64,000 nucleotides of DNA from an uncultured Holophagales bacterium (GTDB taxonomy: Bacteria > Acidobacteriota > Thermoanaerobaculia > Multivoradales > UBA5704), in contig CAWJGT010000009.1 in the NCBI GenBank assembly GCA_963842525.1, forward strand, positions 608,001 to 672,000, given 5' to 3'. The stretch's first letter is position 1, and each line of letters starts with the position of its first letter. Of this stretch, positions 9,943-21,209 are shown in pieces. The position numbers and the translations under genes are program-made. The notes under the pieces are model-generated. The model worked only from the letters and a program-made list of their open reading frames with translations, was not told the origin of the DNA and ran no database searches.

Positions 9943-11148
9943 ATGAAGCGCAGCATCCCTCTGGTCCTGTTCGCGGTGGCCCTCCTGGCCTCCGCTCCGG
10001 CCTGGGCCGCCAGGCCCTTCGGATCGTTCGGTGGCAGGGTGGGCGGGGGCAACGCAGGCGCCGGTGCCCTCCCCCTGTTCGGCTGGGCGCTGGACGACAA
10101 CGGCATCGACGCGGTCGACCTCTTCGTCGACGGCGCGCCTGCCGGCCGCGCCAGCTATGGCCGCAGCCGGCCGGAAGTGACCAAGAAACACCCCGGCTTT
10201 CCCGATTCGACGCGGCCCGGCTGGGCGTTCGAGCTCGACACGACCCGCTACCTCAACGGGATGCACACGGTCTCCGTGAAGGCCAAGAGCCGGACCGGCG
10301 AGGTGGTCTCGATCGGCTCGAAGGTCTTCCAGTTCAACAACGTCACGCACAACCTGATCCCGTTCGGCAAGATCGAGTTCCCCAACGCGCAGGCGGAGCT
10401 GCGCGGCAACTGCGACCTGGAGGACCCGGCGCGCCGGTTCAGCGTGATCAGCGGCTACGCTCTCGACCCCGGCGTGCAGGAGGACGACACCGGCGTCGGC
10501 TACGTCGAGCTGATGATCGACCGGGCGCTGTGGGCCAACAGCAAGACCGACTGCTTCTACCTGGCGGAGGCCGGAGGACTGAGCGACTGCTACGGCCTGC
10601 GCCGGCTCGACCTCGTGTCGCTCTTCCCTGGTTTCAAGGACGCGCCCAACAGCGGCTTCCGCTTCGTCCTCGACGTCGGCTTCCTGCTCAATGGCGTGGG
10701 CTACCGCCCGGGCTCCCATTTGCTGACCATCCGGGTCGGCGATGTCTTCGGGCAGGTGGTCAAGATCGCCGAGATGCCGGTGACCTTCACCTGCGACGAG
10801 TTCGTCGACAACGAGGAGTCGATCGGCGAGATCGGCACGCCGAGCAACGGCCTGATCTACAGCGGCGTCATCCAGGCCTCCGGCTGGGCCCTCGACTGGG
10901 AGGGTGTGCAGAGCGTCGAGGTCTTCGTGGACGGCAAGTCGGTCGGCTTCGCGACCCACGGCCTGATCCGCCCCAACGTGACCTCCCTCTATCCGGGCTA
11001 CCCGGAGAGCGCGGCCCCCGGCTGGGCGCTTTCCGTCGACACGCGGAATTTCTCCGACGGCCAGCACACCTTCGAGGTGGTCGTCCACGACGACCTGGGC
11101 AACGACACCCTGATCGGCAAGCTCAAGTTCGTGATCTCCAATCCGTAG
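9943..11148 (+). CDS. Secreted protein with repeated Ig-like beta domains
   Basis: Signal peptide MKRSIPLVLFAVALLASAPAWA; repeated G[WY]ALD..G...V..F.DG modules; GGAGG RBS. Confidence 0.8.
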   Translation: MKRSIPLVLFAVALLASAPAWAARPFGSFGGRVGGGNAGAGALPLFGWALDDNGIDAVDLFVDGAPAGRASYGRSRPEVTKKHPGFPDSTRPGWAFELDTTRYLNGMHTVSVKAKSRTGEVVSIGSKVFQFNNVTHNLIPFGKIEFPNAQAELRGNCDLEDPARRFSVISGYALDPGVQEDDTGVGYVELMIDRALWANSKTDCFYLAEAGGLSDCYGLRRLDLVSLFPGFKDAPNSGFRFVLDVGFLLNGVGYRPGSHLLTIRVGDVFGQVVKIAEMPVTFTCDEFVDNEESIGEIGTPSNGLIYSGVIQASGWALDWEGVQSVEVFVDGKSVGFATHGLIRPNVTSLYPGYPESAAPGWALSVDTRNFSDGQHTFEVVVHDDLGNDTLIGKLKFVISNP

Positions 11149-11179
11149 CGTCCGCCGATCCGGCGCGGCCGACCCCCCT

Positions 11180-11213
11180 GACGCCCCACCCTCCGCGGTG
11201 GGGCGTTCGCTTT
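11180..11213 (+). terminator. Probable intrinsic terminator
   Basis: Stem GACGCCCCACC / GGTGGGGCGTT followed by CGCTTT. Confidence 0.55.
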
Positions 11214-11238
11214 GGAGCCGGGTGCTATCCTTCGCGGC

Positions 11239-12204
11239 ATGCCGGTGGTGGACCCCGTCGTCTTCTTCGGAACGCCAGACTTCGCCGTACCGACCCTCGC
11301 CGCACTGGTGTCTGCGGGGCGTGCGCCCGCGCTGGTCGTGACCCAGCCCGCCAGACCGGCCGGACGCGGCCGGCATCTTCTGGATCCGCCGGTGGCGTGC
11401 TGGGCCCGCGAGCACGGCCTGCCGGTGGCCCAGCCGGAGCGCGTCAAGGAGCCGGCTTTCCTCGAATCGCTGCGTGCCCTGGCCCCTGGCGTGGCCGTGG
11501 TCGTGGCCTTCGGCCAGATCTTCACGCGCGATCTCCTGGAGCTGCCGCGGCATGGCTGCATCAATCTGCACGCCTCGCTGCTGCCGCGCTGGCGCGGCGC
11601 CGCGCCCATCCAGGCGGCGATCGCGGCCGGCGACGTGCGCACCGGCGTGACCACGATGCGCATGGAGCAGGGGCTGGACACCGGGCCCATCCTCCTGCAG
11701 GAGGAGATGGAGATCGGTCCGCGCGAGACGGCCGGCGAGCTGTCGCGCCGGCTCGCCGAGGCGGGAGGCCCCCTGATGGTGGAGACGCTCGCGCGCCTGG
11801 AGGAGGGGGTCCTGGAGGCGCAGCCCCAGGAGAGCGGGGAGGCGACGTACGCTCCGCGGTTGACGCGTGACAGCGGCCGGGTGGACTGGTCGCGGAGCGC
11901 CCGCGAGATCGCCGACCGCCTGCGCGCCTATACACCCTGGCCGGGGTTGACCGCGGAGCTGCGCGGCGCGCCGGTGAAGCTGGTCGCGGCGGACGTCCTC
12001 GGTGCGGAGGAAGCGGACGAGTCCACTGAGCCAAGCGGCTCCTTCCTCGGGCTTCGCGGCGGGGCGCTCGCGGTGGCCTGCGGTGTTGGCTCGGTGGGCT
12101 CGGTGCTGGGCCTCCGCGAGCTCCAGCGGCCCGGCCGGAAGTCCCTGAAGGCGGCGGACTTCGCGAATGGAGAGCGGCTGCGGGTGGGGGAGACCTTCTC
12201 CTGA
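11239..12204 (+). CDS. fmt: Methionyl-tRNA formyltransferase
   Basis: FFGTPDFA, INLHASLLPRWRGAAPIQ, GLDTGPI. Confidence 0.96.
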   Translation: MPVVDPVVFFGTPDFAVPTLAALVSAGRAPALVVTQPARPAGRGRHLLDPPVACWAREHGLPVAQPERVKEPAFLESLRALAPGVAVVVAFGQIFTRDLLELPRHGCINLHASLLPRWRGAAPIQAAIAAGDVRTGVTTMRMEQGLDTGPILLQEEMEIGPRETAGELSRRLAEAGGPLMVETLARLEEGVLEAQPQESGEATYAPRLTRDSGRVDWSRSAREIADRLRAYTPWPGLTAELRGAPVKLVAADVLGAEEADESTEPSGSFLGLRGGALAVACGVGSVGSVLGLRELQRPGRKSLKAADFANGERLRVGETFS

Positions 12205-13606
12205 TGCCCCGGCACCGGGCCCCCGAATCGCAGACCGGCACCGGGCGCAACCGGCGGACGACGACGCGGCGCACGTCTCAGGACAACGTGCGCTCCGCGG
12301 CGGCCTGGGTGCTCGACCGGACCCTGCGCTCGCTGGCGCCGGCCGACTCCTTCCTGGAGACCGCCCTGACGCGGTTCGACGAGCGCGATCAGGGCCTGCT
12401 GCGCGAGCTCGTGATGGGGAGCCTGCGCTGGCTACGCCGGCTGGACCACGTCATCGCCGCGGCGAGCAGCCGGCGCTTCGAGCAGATCGAGGCGGCGCTC
12501 CATGCGCCGCTGCGCATCGCCACCTACCAGCTCCTCTTCCTCGACCGCATCCCGGCGCACGCCGCCGTGCACGAGGCGGTCGAGCAGGCGCACCAGCTCA
12601 CCCACCGCGGCGGCGCGAGCTTCGTCAACGGCGTCCTGCGCAGCATCGCGCGCGCGCCGCGGCTGGACGACTGGCCGGTCGCCGACCCCAACCCGGTGCG
12701 ACGGCTCGCCATCGAGATGAGCCATCCCGACTTCCTCGTCTCCCGCTGGCTCGACCGCTTCGGAAGCGAGCGGACGCGCGACCTCCTCGCCGCCAACAAC
12801 CGGTCGAAGCCGCTGCAGCTCCTCGCCTTCCGCGACCGCGGCGGGCGCGAGCTGCTCGCCGAGACGCTGATCGACGAAGGGCTCGAGATCGAGCCCACTT
12901 CGCTCTCGACCCTGGGGCTGACGGTGCGGCGAGGCAATCCGCTGACCTCGTCCGCCTTCGCGCGCGGCGATTTCTACATCCAGGACGAGGCGAGCCAGGC
13001 CGCCGCGCTGCTGCCGCCGCCGCAGCCTGGAGAGACCGTCCTCGACGCGGCGGCGGCTCCCGGCGGCAAGAGCTTCGCGCTGCTCGCCCACGAGCCCACG
13101 CTGCGGGTCACCGCGGCCGACGTGTCTCTCGCCCGCCTCGGCGTGCTGCGGGCCAATCTCCGCCGGCTGCGCCGCGAGCTGCCGCTGCTGCTGGCCGACG
13201 CCGGAGCGCCGCCGTTCTCGGGCACCTTCGACCGCGTGGTCCTCGACCTCCCCTGCACGGGCACGGGCACGCTTGCGGCGGCACCCCGAGCTCAAGTGGC
13301 GCATCAGCGAGAGCGAGATCGGCCGGTTGACGCGCCAGGGACAGCAGCTCCTCGCGGGCATGGCGCCCCCGCGTGGCGCCCGGCGGGCTGCTGGTCGCCA
13401 TCACCTGCTCGCTCGAGCGGGAGGAGAATGAGGAGGTGGTGGCGCTCTTTCTGGCGGGCCATCCGGGGCTCTCGCCCGTGCCTCTCGACGGGGTGCTCGC
13501 GGCGCCGCTCGCGAGCGGCATTGCAGGGCCCGGGCTGTGGCGTATCCTGAGCGGCGGGGACCATGATGGCTTTACCGTCAACGTGCTCGCGAAAGCCCGG
13601 ATTTGA
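12204..13606 (+). CDS. rsmB: 16S rRNA m5C967 methyltransferase RsmB/Sun (two apparent +1 frameshifts near 13273 and 13368)
   Basis: NusB-like N-terminus, QDEASQ, DAAAAPGGKS, DLPCTGTG; continues as RRHPELKW and ITCSL..EENE in shifted frames. Confidence 0.9.
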
Positions 13607-13629
13607 AGGCTTCCGCGCGCTTCAACCCA

Positions 13630-13658
13630 TTGACAGCCCCATCGGGTTGCCATATCGT
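13630..13658 (+). promoter_or_regulatory. Sigma70 promoter of the HU gene
   Basis: TTGACA-17-TATCGT. Confidence 0.65.
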
Positions 13659-13710
13659 TTCCGGCGGTCACTTTGGCCCATAAAAATAAAAACAAGGAGG
13701 AGGAGAGGAG

Positions 13711-14010
13711 ATGGCTGGCAAGTCTGACTTGGTGAATAGCATTGCGGATTCCGTGGAAGGGCTGACCCGGCGGCAGGCGACCGCGGCTCTCGACGCGGTC
13801 ATCAACCTGGTCCGGGACTCCCTCAAGTCCGGCGAAAACGTGAAGATCCCGGGCCTCGGCAGCTTTTCCGTGTCCGAGCGCGCGGCGCGCAAGGGCCGCA
13901 ATCCCGCGACAGGGCAGTCGATCACGATCAAGGCGAGCAAGAACGTCCGCTTCAAGGCCGGCAAGGACTTGAAGGAAGCGGTCAACACGAAGCGACGCGG
14001 TCGCAAGTAA
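13711..14010 (+). CDS. hup: DNA-binding protein HU
   Basis: GLGSFSVSERAARKGRNPATG, FKAGKDLKEAVN. Confidence 0.96.
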   Translation: MAGKSDLVNSIADSVEGLTRRQATAALDAVINLVRDSLKSGENVKIPGLGSFSVSERAARKGRNPATGQSITIKASKNVRFKAGKDLKEAVNTKRRGRK

Positions 14011-14040
14011 GCCCAGCTCCCCTCCTTTTGTCGTTCTCGC

Positions 14041-14075
14041 GAGCCCTGTGGCGCTTCCTCCGCCACGGGGCTTTT
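14041..14075 (+). terminator. Intrinsic terminator after HU
   Basis: GAGCCCTGTGGCG / CGCCACGGGGCTT stem plus T-run. Confidence 0.7.
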
Positions 14076-14754
14076 CAGCGGATGTGCCGGTAGAGGCGGG
14101 CGAGCCGCTGCGGTGGAACGCCGAGGAGGAAGAGACCCCAGATCAGCCAGTTGGTCGACACGGTCCGCACGATTCCCTGTTCGAGGAAGCGGCGCGCCGC
14201 CGTGGTCACCCGCTCGTCGATCAGCACGGTGCGGCCCAGGCGTTTGAGGCGCAGCGCGAAGTCGAGGTCCTCGAGGATCGGCCAGTCGCGGAAGCCCTGG
14301 AGCCGGTCGAAGGCCTCACGGGTGACGAACTGTGCCTGGTCGCCGAGCGGCAGCCCGGTGAGGCGGGTGCGCAGGTTGATCAGCCGCGCTCCCAGGCGCA
14401 GCACCAGCGATCGACGTCGAAACGGACGTGGAACGCACCGCCTACGGCTCCGGCGGCGACCGCGTCGCGGATCGCTCCCGGGCCTGCCGCGGGAAGCGAG
14501 GTGTCCGCGTGCAGGAAGACGAGCACCTCCGCCGTGGTCGCCGTGGCGCCCCGCGTGAGCTGGCCGCCGCGGCCCGGTGGTCCCGAGACGGTGCGGGCGC
14601 CGAGCTCGCGAGCGACCTCGAGCGTGCGGTCGGTGCTGCCGCCGTCCGAGACCACCACCTCGTCGGCCGCGGTCCGCGCGGCCGGCAGGTGACGGCGCAG
14701 CGCGTCCTCCTCGTTCAGAGTGGGGACCACGAAGGCAAGCTGCAGGGGGTGCAA
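14075..14754 (-). CDS. GT2 glycosyltransferase (TIGR04283-like), frameshift near 14405
   Basis: VVPTLNEE, SDGGSTD, GRGGQL, FLHADT; then GDQAQF, ILED in the second frame; start approximate. Confidence 0.8.
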
Positions 14755-14801
14755 GGCGATCGGGATGCTACCATACGGCACCTCGGAGACCCCCGACAGA
14801 C

Positions 14802-15275
14802 ATGAGCTCGCACAGGCACCTTCAGCCATCTCGATCCGCAGGGCAGCGCCCACATGGTGGACGTTTCGGAGAAGCCGGTCACGCGCCGGATCGCCGAGGC
14901 CTCGTGCCGCGTCCTGCTTTCCGCCCAGACCCTCATCCGGTTGGCCAACCTGCCCAAGGGGGACGCCTTCGCCGTGGCTCGCCTCGCCGGCATCCAGGGT
15001 GCGAAGCGGACCTCCGAGCTGATCCCCCTGGCCCACCCCCTGCCGCTCGACCAGGTGGAGATCGATCTGCGCCCGATCCCCGAAGGAGTCGAGATCCGCA
15101 GCCGCGTGATCGTCGACGGCGCGCACCGGCGCCGAGATGGAGGCCCTGGTCGCCTGCTCGACCGCGGCCCTCGCCCTCTACGACATGGTCAAGGCGGTCG
15201 AGCGCGGCGCCGTCATCACCGACCTCCGCCTCGAAGCCAAGAGCGGCGGCAAGAGCGGGAATTACCAGGCGGGAC

Positions 15276-15279
<4 letters not shown>
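14802..15279 (+). CDS. moaC: Cyclic pyranopterin monophosphate synthase MoaC (several frameshifts)
   Basis: [52 protein letters not shown] spread over different frames. Confidence 0.88.
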
Positions 15280-16460
<1,181 letters not shown>

Positions 16461-16464
<4 letters not shown>

Positions 16465-17015
16465 GCCCCCTCCATCTCCTCCGCGTCGAGGAGGGCCCGG
16501 AGCGCTTCGCAGCCCTGATCGAGGCGGCGCGGGCGGAGGATCTGCGGATCGGCTGGCTCGACCTCGCGGCCTCCGAAGCGTCCGCGGGCCTCGGAGACCT
16601 GGAAGAGGCCGCTTCCCGCGGCGTCCTGCGGGCCGTGGCCGTGGGCGGAGGCCGCAGCGTCGCCGTCAAACCCCTCAAGGGTGCGCCTGTCCTCGAGGAT
16701 CTGCTCCGCGAGCACTTCCGCGGCTGCGCCCTCGTCCTGGTGCGCGGCGAGGTCGAAGCCCCCGTCCTGCGACCCGATGGAGCGGCCTGGCGCATCGAGG
16801 TCCCCGGAGAGGCCGCCCGCGCCGTCGCCACGCCACAGCTCGCCGCGTCCCTGCGCCAGGCCCGGCCTTGGGGATCTCCGTCTCCTCCCGCTCCCGAGCC
16901 CCTCCCACCTCCGAAGACGCGGCGCCAGCGGCGCGCGCTGGAAAGGAAAGCGAGAAAGGGGAAAAAGAAGAAGGACCGGAAGGAGAAACGGCGGGAGTCG
17001 CGGCGCAAGCCCTGA
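16461..17015 (+). CDS. Hypothetical protein, MobB-like without a P-loop, basic C-terminal tail
   Basis: ATGA-coupled to the upstream gene; LEDLLREHFRGCALVLVRG resembles the MobB C-terminal motif. Confidence 0.6.
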
Positions 17016-17175
17016 TCCCGGACCGTCTCTGGAGCCGGCGGCTCACTCCGCCCGCAGCACCACCGCTGGGCCCACCGCCCCCGCCGGTCTCCCGGAACCT
17101 CCATCAAGACGAAAGAAGGCGGGCCAGGGTTTCCAGGCCAGATATACTCCTGGGCTCCCTCAGGAGGACAAGATC

Positions 17176-18522
17176 ATGAGGCTCCACATGGGTGTCGTCG
17201 CCGTTCTCCTCGCCGCTCTGCTCCCCGGCGCTCTCGCGGCGCAGCCGCCGGCTGGCACGTCCGGGCAGGCAGCCGGCCGGATCGCGCTTCGAGCAGCCCG
17301 GCTCGTCGACGGGAAGAGCGACGCGGTCCGCCGCGATGCGGTTGTGGTGATCGAAGGAGAGCGCATTGTCGCGGTCGGTGGACCCGAGCTTCTGGCTTCC
17401 GGTCCCGAGGTGATCGACCTGGGCGATGCGACGTTTCTGCCCGGCCTCGTCGATGCCCACTCGCATCCCCTCATCGTCGGCGACGACTACCAGGTCAACC
17501 ACCTCCGCGACTCCTCGGCATTCAAGGCCCTGCGCGGCCTCAAGGCCGTCCAGGACAACCTGCGCGCCGGCTGGACGACGCTGCGCATCGCCGGTGACGC
17601 CGACGTCTTTTATGCCCATTTGGACATCCGCCGCGCGATCGATCAGGGGCTCTTCGTGGGCCCGCGCCTGACCGGAGCCGGGCATTACCTCTCGATCACC
17701 GGTGGCGGCGGCGACATCAACTTCATCGCCCCTGAGCACCATGTTGTCCCCGATGGCAAGATCGTCGACGGTGTCGAGGAGATGCGGAAGGCGGTCCGCG
17801 AAGAGATCAAGCACGGCAGCGACTGGATCAAGCTCCTCGTCACCGGAGCCTTCATGTCCGCGGGAGACCGCCCGGAGGACGTCCACTATTCCGAGGACGA
17901 GGTGCGGATGGCCGTCGAGGAGGCGGCGCGCCACGGCGTGCCGGTGATGGCCCACGCCCATGCCACAGCCGGCATCAAGCTGGCGATCCGTGCCGGCGTG
18001 CGCTCGATCGAGCACGGAACGTTCCTGGACGACGAGACGATCCGGATGCTGGTCGAGCATGGCACCTATCTCGTGCCGACGGTCTACATCGGCGACTACT
18101 ACATGGAGCACGGCTCGCCGACCGGCTACCAGGACAAGATGATCGAGCTGTCGAAGAAGTACAAGGACCAGCACTATGCCTGGGTCGGCAAGGCGATCCG
18201 CGCCGGGGTCAAGATCGCGGTTGGGAGCGACTTCGGCGCCTTCCCGCCGCCCGAGGAGAACGCCGGCGAGATCGAGGCGCTCCACCGGGCCGGCATGACG
18301 CCGATGCAGGCGCTCCAGGCGGCGACCCGCGTCGGCGCGGAGCTCCTGGGTTGGCAGGACCGCATCGGCACCGTCGAGCCAGGCAAGCTCGCCGATCTGA
18401 TCGCCGTCCCCGGCGACCCACTCGCCGACCTCTCGGCGCTGCGCCGCGTCTCCTTCGTCATGCTCGGCGGCAAGGTCGTGCGGCGAGACGGAGCGCCGCT
18501 ATCTCACAAGATCGCGGAATGA
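17176..18522 (+). CDS. Secreted metal-dependent amidohydrolase (Xaa-Pro dipeptidase-like)
   Basis: Signal peptide; PGLVDAHSH, WIKL, AHAH, SIEHG, GSD, GKLADLIAV. Confidence 0.92.
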   Translation: MRLHMGVVAVLLAALLPGALAAQPPAGTSGQAAGRIALRAARLVDGKSDAVRRDAVVVIEGERIVAVGGPELLASGPEVIDLGDATFLPGLVDAHSHPLIVGDDYQVNHLRDSSAFKALRGLKAVQDNLRAGWTTLRIAGDADVFYAHLDIRRAIDQGLFVGPRLTGAGHYLSITGGGGDINFIAPEHHVVPDGKIVDGVEEMRKAVREEIKHGSDWIKLLVTGAFMSAGDRPEDVHYSEDEVRMAVEEAARHGVPVMAHAHATAGIKLAIRAGVRSIEHGTFLDDETIRMLVEHGTYLVPTVYIGDYYMEHGSPTGYQDKMIELSKKYKDQHYAWVGKAIRAGVKIAVGSDFGAFPPPEENAGEIEALHRAGMTPMQALQAATRVGAELLGWQDRIGTVEPGKLADLIAVPGDPLADLSALRRVSFVMLGGKVVRRDGAPLSHKIAE

Positions 18523-18662
18523 CGCGAAGGCCATCTTGAAGCGGCGGGCTTCGAGGATCTCTTTGTCGCCGTCGGCCTCCTCGACGGTGAGCGCCGCGCC
18601 ACATGCAGCAAGTTGATCAGGACATTGGCATCGGCGACGACGATGCGCGTGGGTGTCGTCAC
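18499..18662 (-). pseudogene. Internally deleted PIN-domain toxin remnant
   Basis: GTG overlaps the stop of the XRE gene; N-terminal RIVVADANVLINLLHV joined out of frame to LTVEEADGDKEILEARRFKMAFASFRDLVR. Confidence 0.6.
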
Positions 18663-19922
18663 GGCATGTCGACCGAGGGAGCACCTTCATCGTCGTCGTC
18701 GAGCCCCGCATCCTCGACGAGCTTGTCGAGCTCTTCGGCGGGCAGCGCCACCATGGCGGCGAGCTCCTTGAGCTTGCCGCGCGAGATCTCCTCTCGGCGG
18801 TAGGCTTCGAGGGCCAGACCGAGGAAGCGATGCCGGAATTCGTTGCGGATCTCGCTGTGATCCGGCTCGGCCAGGCCGAGCAGCTCAGCGATCTGCCTGC
18901 CTTTGCCGCCATCATCGAATGCTCTCAGATGCTGGAGCTCGGCTTCGCTCAGGAGGCGGAGGTTGCGCAGCCGGTAGAGTGCCGACGGCCGGCTGACGCC
19001 GAAGTGATGCGCGAGCTGTACGACATCGTAGAGCTGGACGGTTTGGCTGCCCGGTTCGGTCCGGCCTTCCACATTGAGGCTTCCCGCCTCGTCGAACACC
19101 TCGGCGTAGACGCGGCTGGGCCTACCCTTGCCGAGGCTCGCGACGAACTGGCGGACACCGTCCTCCGGCATCAGGAAGCTCGCGGCGAACGCATTGGCTC
19201 GCACCTCGATGAGGTCGTCACGTTCCGAGGCCCGGCTCGACGAGCCCGAAGCGTTCCCGGTCGGCGGTCACATGAGCGTACTCATGGGCGAACGAGAAAC
19301 GGCGGCGCAGGTGATGGTGGGTGCGATTGGCAACCACGAAGAGTCCCACCTTGCGGTCGCTCAGGGTCAGGCCCGACACGTCGTCAGGAAGATCGACGAG
19401 ACCGGTGCGGACACCCTGGGTTTCGAGCAGCTCCGAGAGGCCCGGGAGCGGGCCGCTCCCCAGACCGAGCCGGCGGCGCTCTTCCTCGGCGAGCCGCTCC
19501 CCCTGCTGGATCGCCTCCCAGCGGGTCCGCGGGGCGGGGAGAGAGTAGGCCGCGGCGGCGGCGAGATCCCGGTCGATGCCGACGAGGCGCTCGAGGTTGG
19601 TGAGCTCGCGGCCGAGCGCCAAGCACTCCCGCAGCTTGTCGAGCACGTGAGGCTCTCCGAGGATATCGGGCTGCGCGCGGAACAGGGCTGCGAAGGCGTC
19701 CTCAGCCTCGAACGACTCCGCGATCATCTCGCGGATATCACGACCAAAGAGATACGCAAGCTTGTCGAGCTCGAGGCTGGACACGGAGCGGTTGCCCGCC
19801 TCAATCTGCACCACGGTCGGGCGCGAGAGGCCCAGGCGCTGGGCCACCTCCTCCTGGGTCATGCGGCATGCTTCGCGCGCCGCTCGAATCCGTCTGCCGA
19901 GATCCTGCTGGGTAATCGCCAT
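18659..19922 (-). CDS. XRE HTH plus ImmA/IrrE (DUF955) metallopeptidase regulator/antitoxin (+1 frameshift near 19238)
   Basis: LGRRIRAAREACRMTQEEVA..LGLSRPTVVQIEAG; RRRFSFAHEYAH; EVRANAFAASFLMP. Confidence 0.9.
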
Positions 19923-19948
19923 GGATAGATCCCTCCGCCTTCCGGAGG

Positions 19949-19977
19949 AAGTTATCATTCAGAACATTGAGTGTCAA
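19949..19977 (-). promoter_or_regulatory. Promoter of the XRE-ImmA gene
   Basis: TTGACA-17-TAACTT with TGn extended -10. Confidence 0.65.
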
Positions 19978-20109
19978 GATAGGGATTGCATGTGAGCGAC
20001 TCTGCGCCCCAGAGATGCGCTTGCCACCCTCCGCCCGTTTTGCCACAATGCGGCATCGCCATGGTGTCTTGTCCCGCCTGGCTCCCGTCCCCGCACTTCG
20101 AGGTTCATC

Positions 20110-21207
20110 ATGACTGAGCAGATCAAGTTCTTCCTACCCGGCCCCTCCTATGTCCTGGAGGAGGTCCGCCAGGCGATGACCGGTCCCATGGCGGGCCACC
20201 GGTCGGCGCCTTTCAAAGCCTTCTATCTAAAGATTGCCGAGCGTCTGCCCAAGGTGCTGCGCACCGCGGGCGACGTGATGGTGGCGACTGGCAGCTCGAC
20301 CCTGGTGATGGAGAGCGCCGTGGTCTCCTGTGTGACGTCCGACGTCCTCAACCTGACCAACGGGGCGTTCTCCGAGCGCTGGCACTCGATCGCGAAGTCG
20401 GTCGGCAAGAACGCCGACCGGGTCGCATTCCCCTGGGGCGAGGCCGTGGACCCGGACACGGTCCGGGCCGCCCTGCGCCGCAAGCGCTACGAGGCGGTCG
20501 CCGTGGTCCACAACGAGACCTCGACCGGTGTCATGAGCCCGCTCGCCGAGATCGCCCGCGCGGTGCGCGAGGAGAGCGACGCGCTGCTGCTGGTCGATAC
20601 GGTCTCGTCGCTCGCCGGTGCGCCCGTGGAGTCCGACGCCTGGGGGCTCGACGTGGTGCTCGCCGGTACACAGAAGGCCCTCGCCCTGCCGCCGGGCCTG
20701 ACGGTCTTCACCTTTTCGGACCGGGCGGCCGAGCGCGCGGCGCAGGTGCCGCACCGCGGCTTCTACACCGACCTGCTGCGCTATCGCGAGAAGCACCGCG
20801 AGGGGGGCTTCATCACCACCCCCGGCATCCCGCTGCTCTATGCCCTTGACCGGCAGCTCGACCGGATGGTGACGGAAGGGATGGAAGAGCGCTGGGCCCG
20901 GCACGAGCGGCTCTATCGCCGCACCGCGGAATGGGCGGCGTCCCGCGGCCATGAGTACGCTTCGGCGCCAGACGCCCGGTCGATGACCGTGAGCTGCCTC
21001 CGGCCGCCCGCGGGAGTCGATCCGCAGGCGATCGTCAAGGGCCTCGCCGAGCGAGGCTTCACCATCGGCGGCGGCTATGGCGATTGGAAGCCCACGACGT
21101 TCCGGATCGGCCACATGGGCGAAGTCCAGGAGCGCGACCTGGATGTCTTGTTGAGCGAGATCGACCAGGTGGTCGAAGGGGTCGCGGCCGGCACGGCCGT
21201 GCGTTGA
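20110..21207 (+). CDS. Class V PLP aminotransferase (serine-pyruvate/phosphoserine aminotransferase-like)
   Basis: LPGPS, VHNETSTG, VDTVSSL, GTQKALALPPG, FRIGHMG; directly upstream of serA. Confidence 0.93.
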   Translation: MTEQIKFFLPGPSYVLEEVRQAMTGPMAGHRSAPFKAFYLKIAERLPKVLRTAGDVMVATGSSTLVMESAVVSCVTSDVLNLTNGAFSERWHSIAKSVGKNADRVAFPWGEAVDPDTVRAALRRKRYEAVAVVHNETSTGVMSPLAEIARAVREESDALLLVDTVSSLAGAPVESDAWGLDVVLAGTQKALALPPGLTVFTFSDRAAERAAQVPHRGFYTDLLRYREKHREGGFITTPGIPLLYALDRQLDRMVTEGMEERWARHERLYRRTAEWAASRGHEYASAPDARSMTVSCLRPPAGVDPQAIVKGLAERGFTIGGGYGDWKPTTFRIGHMGEVQERDLDVLLSEIDQVVEGVAAGTAVR

Positions 21208-21209
21208 TC

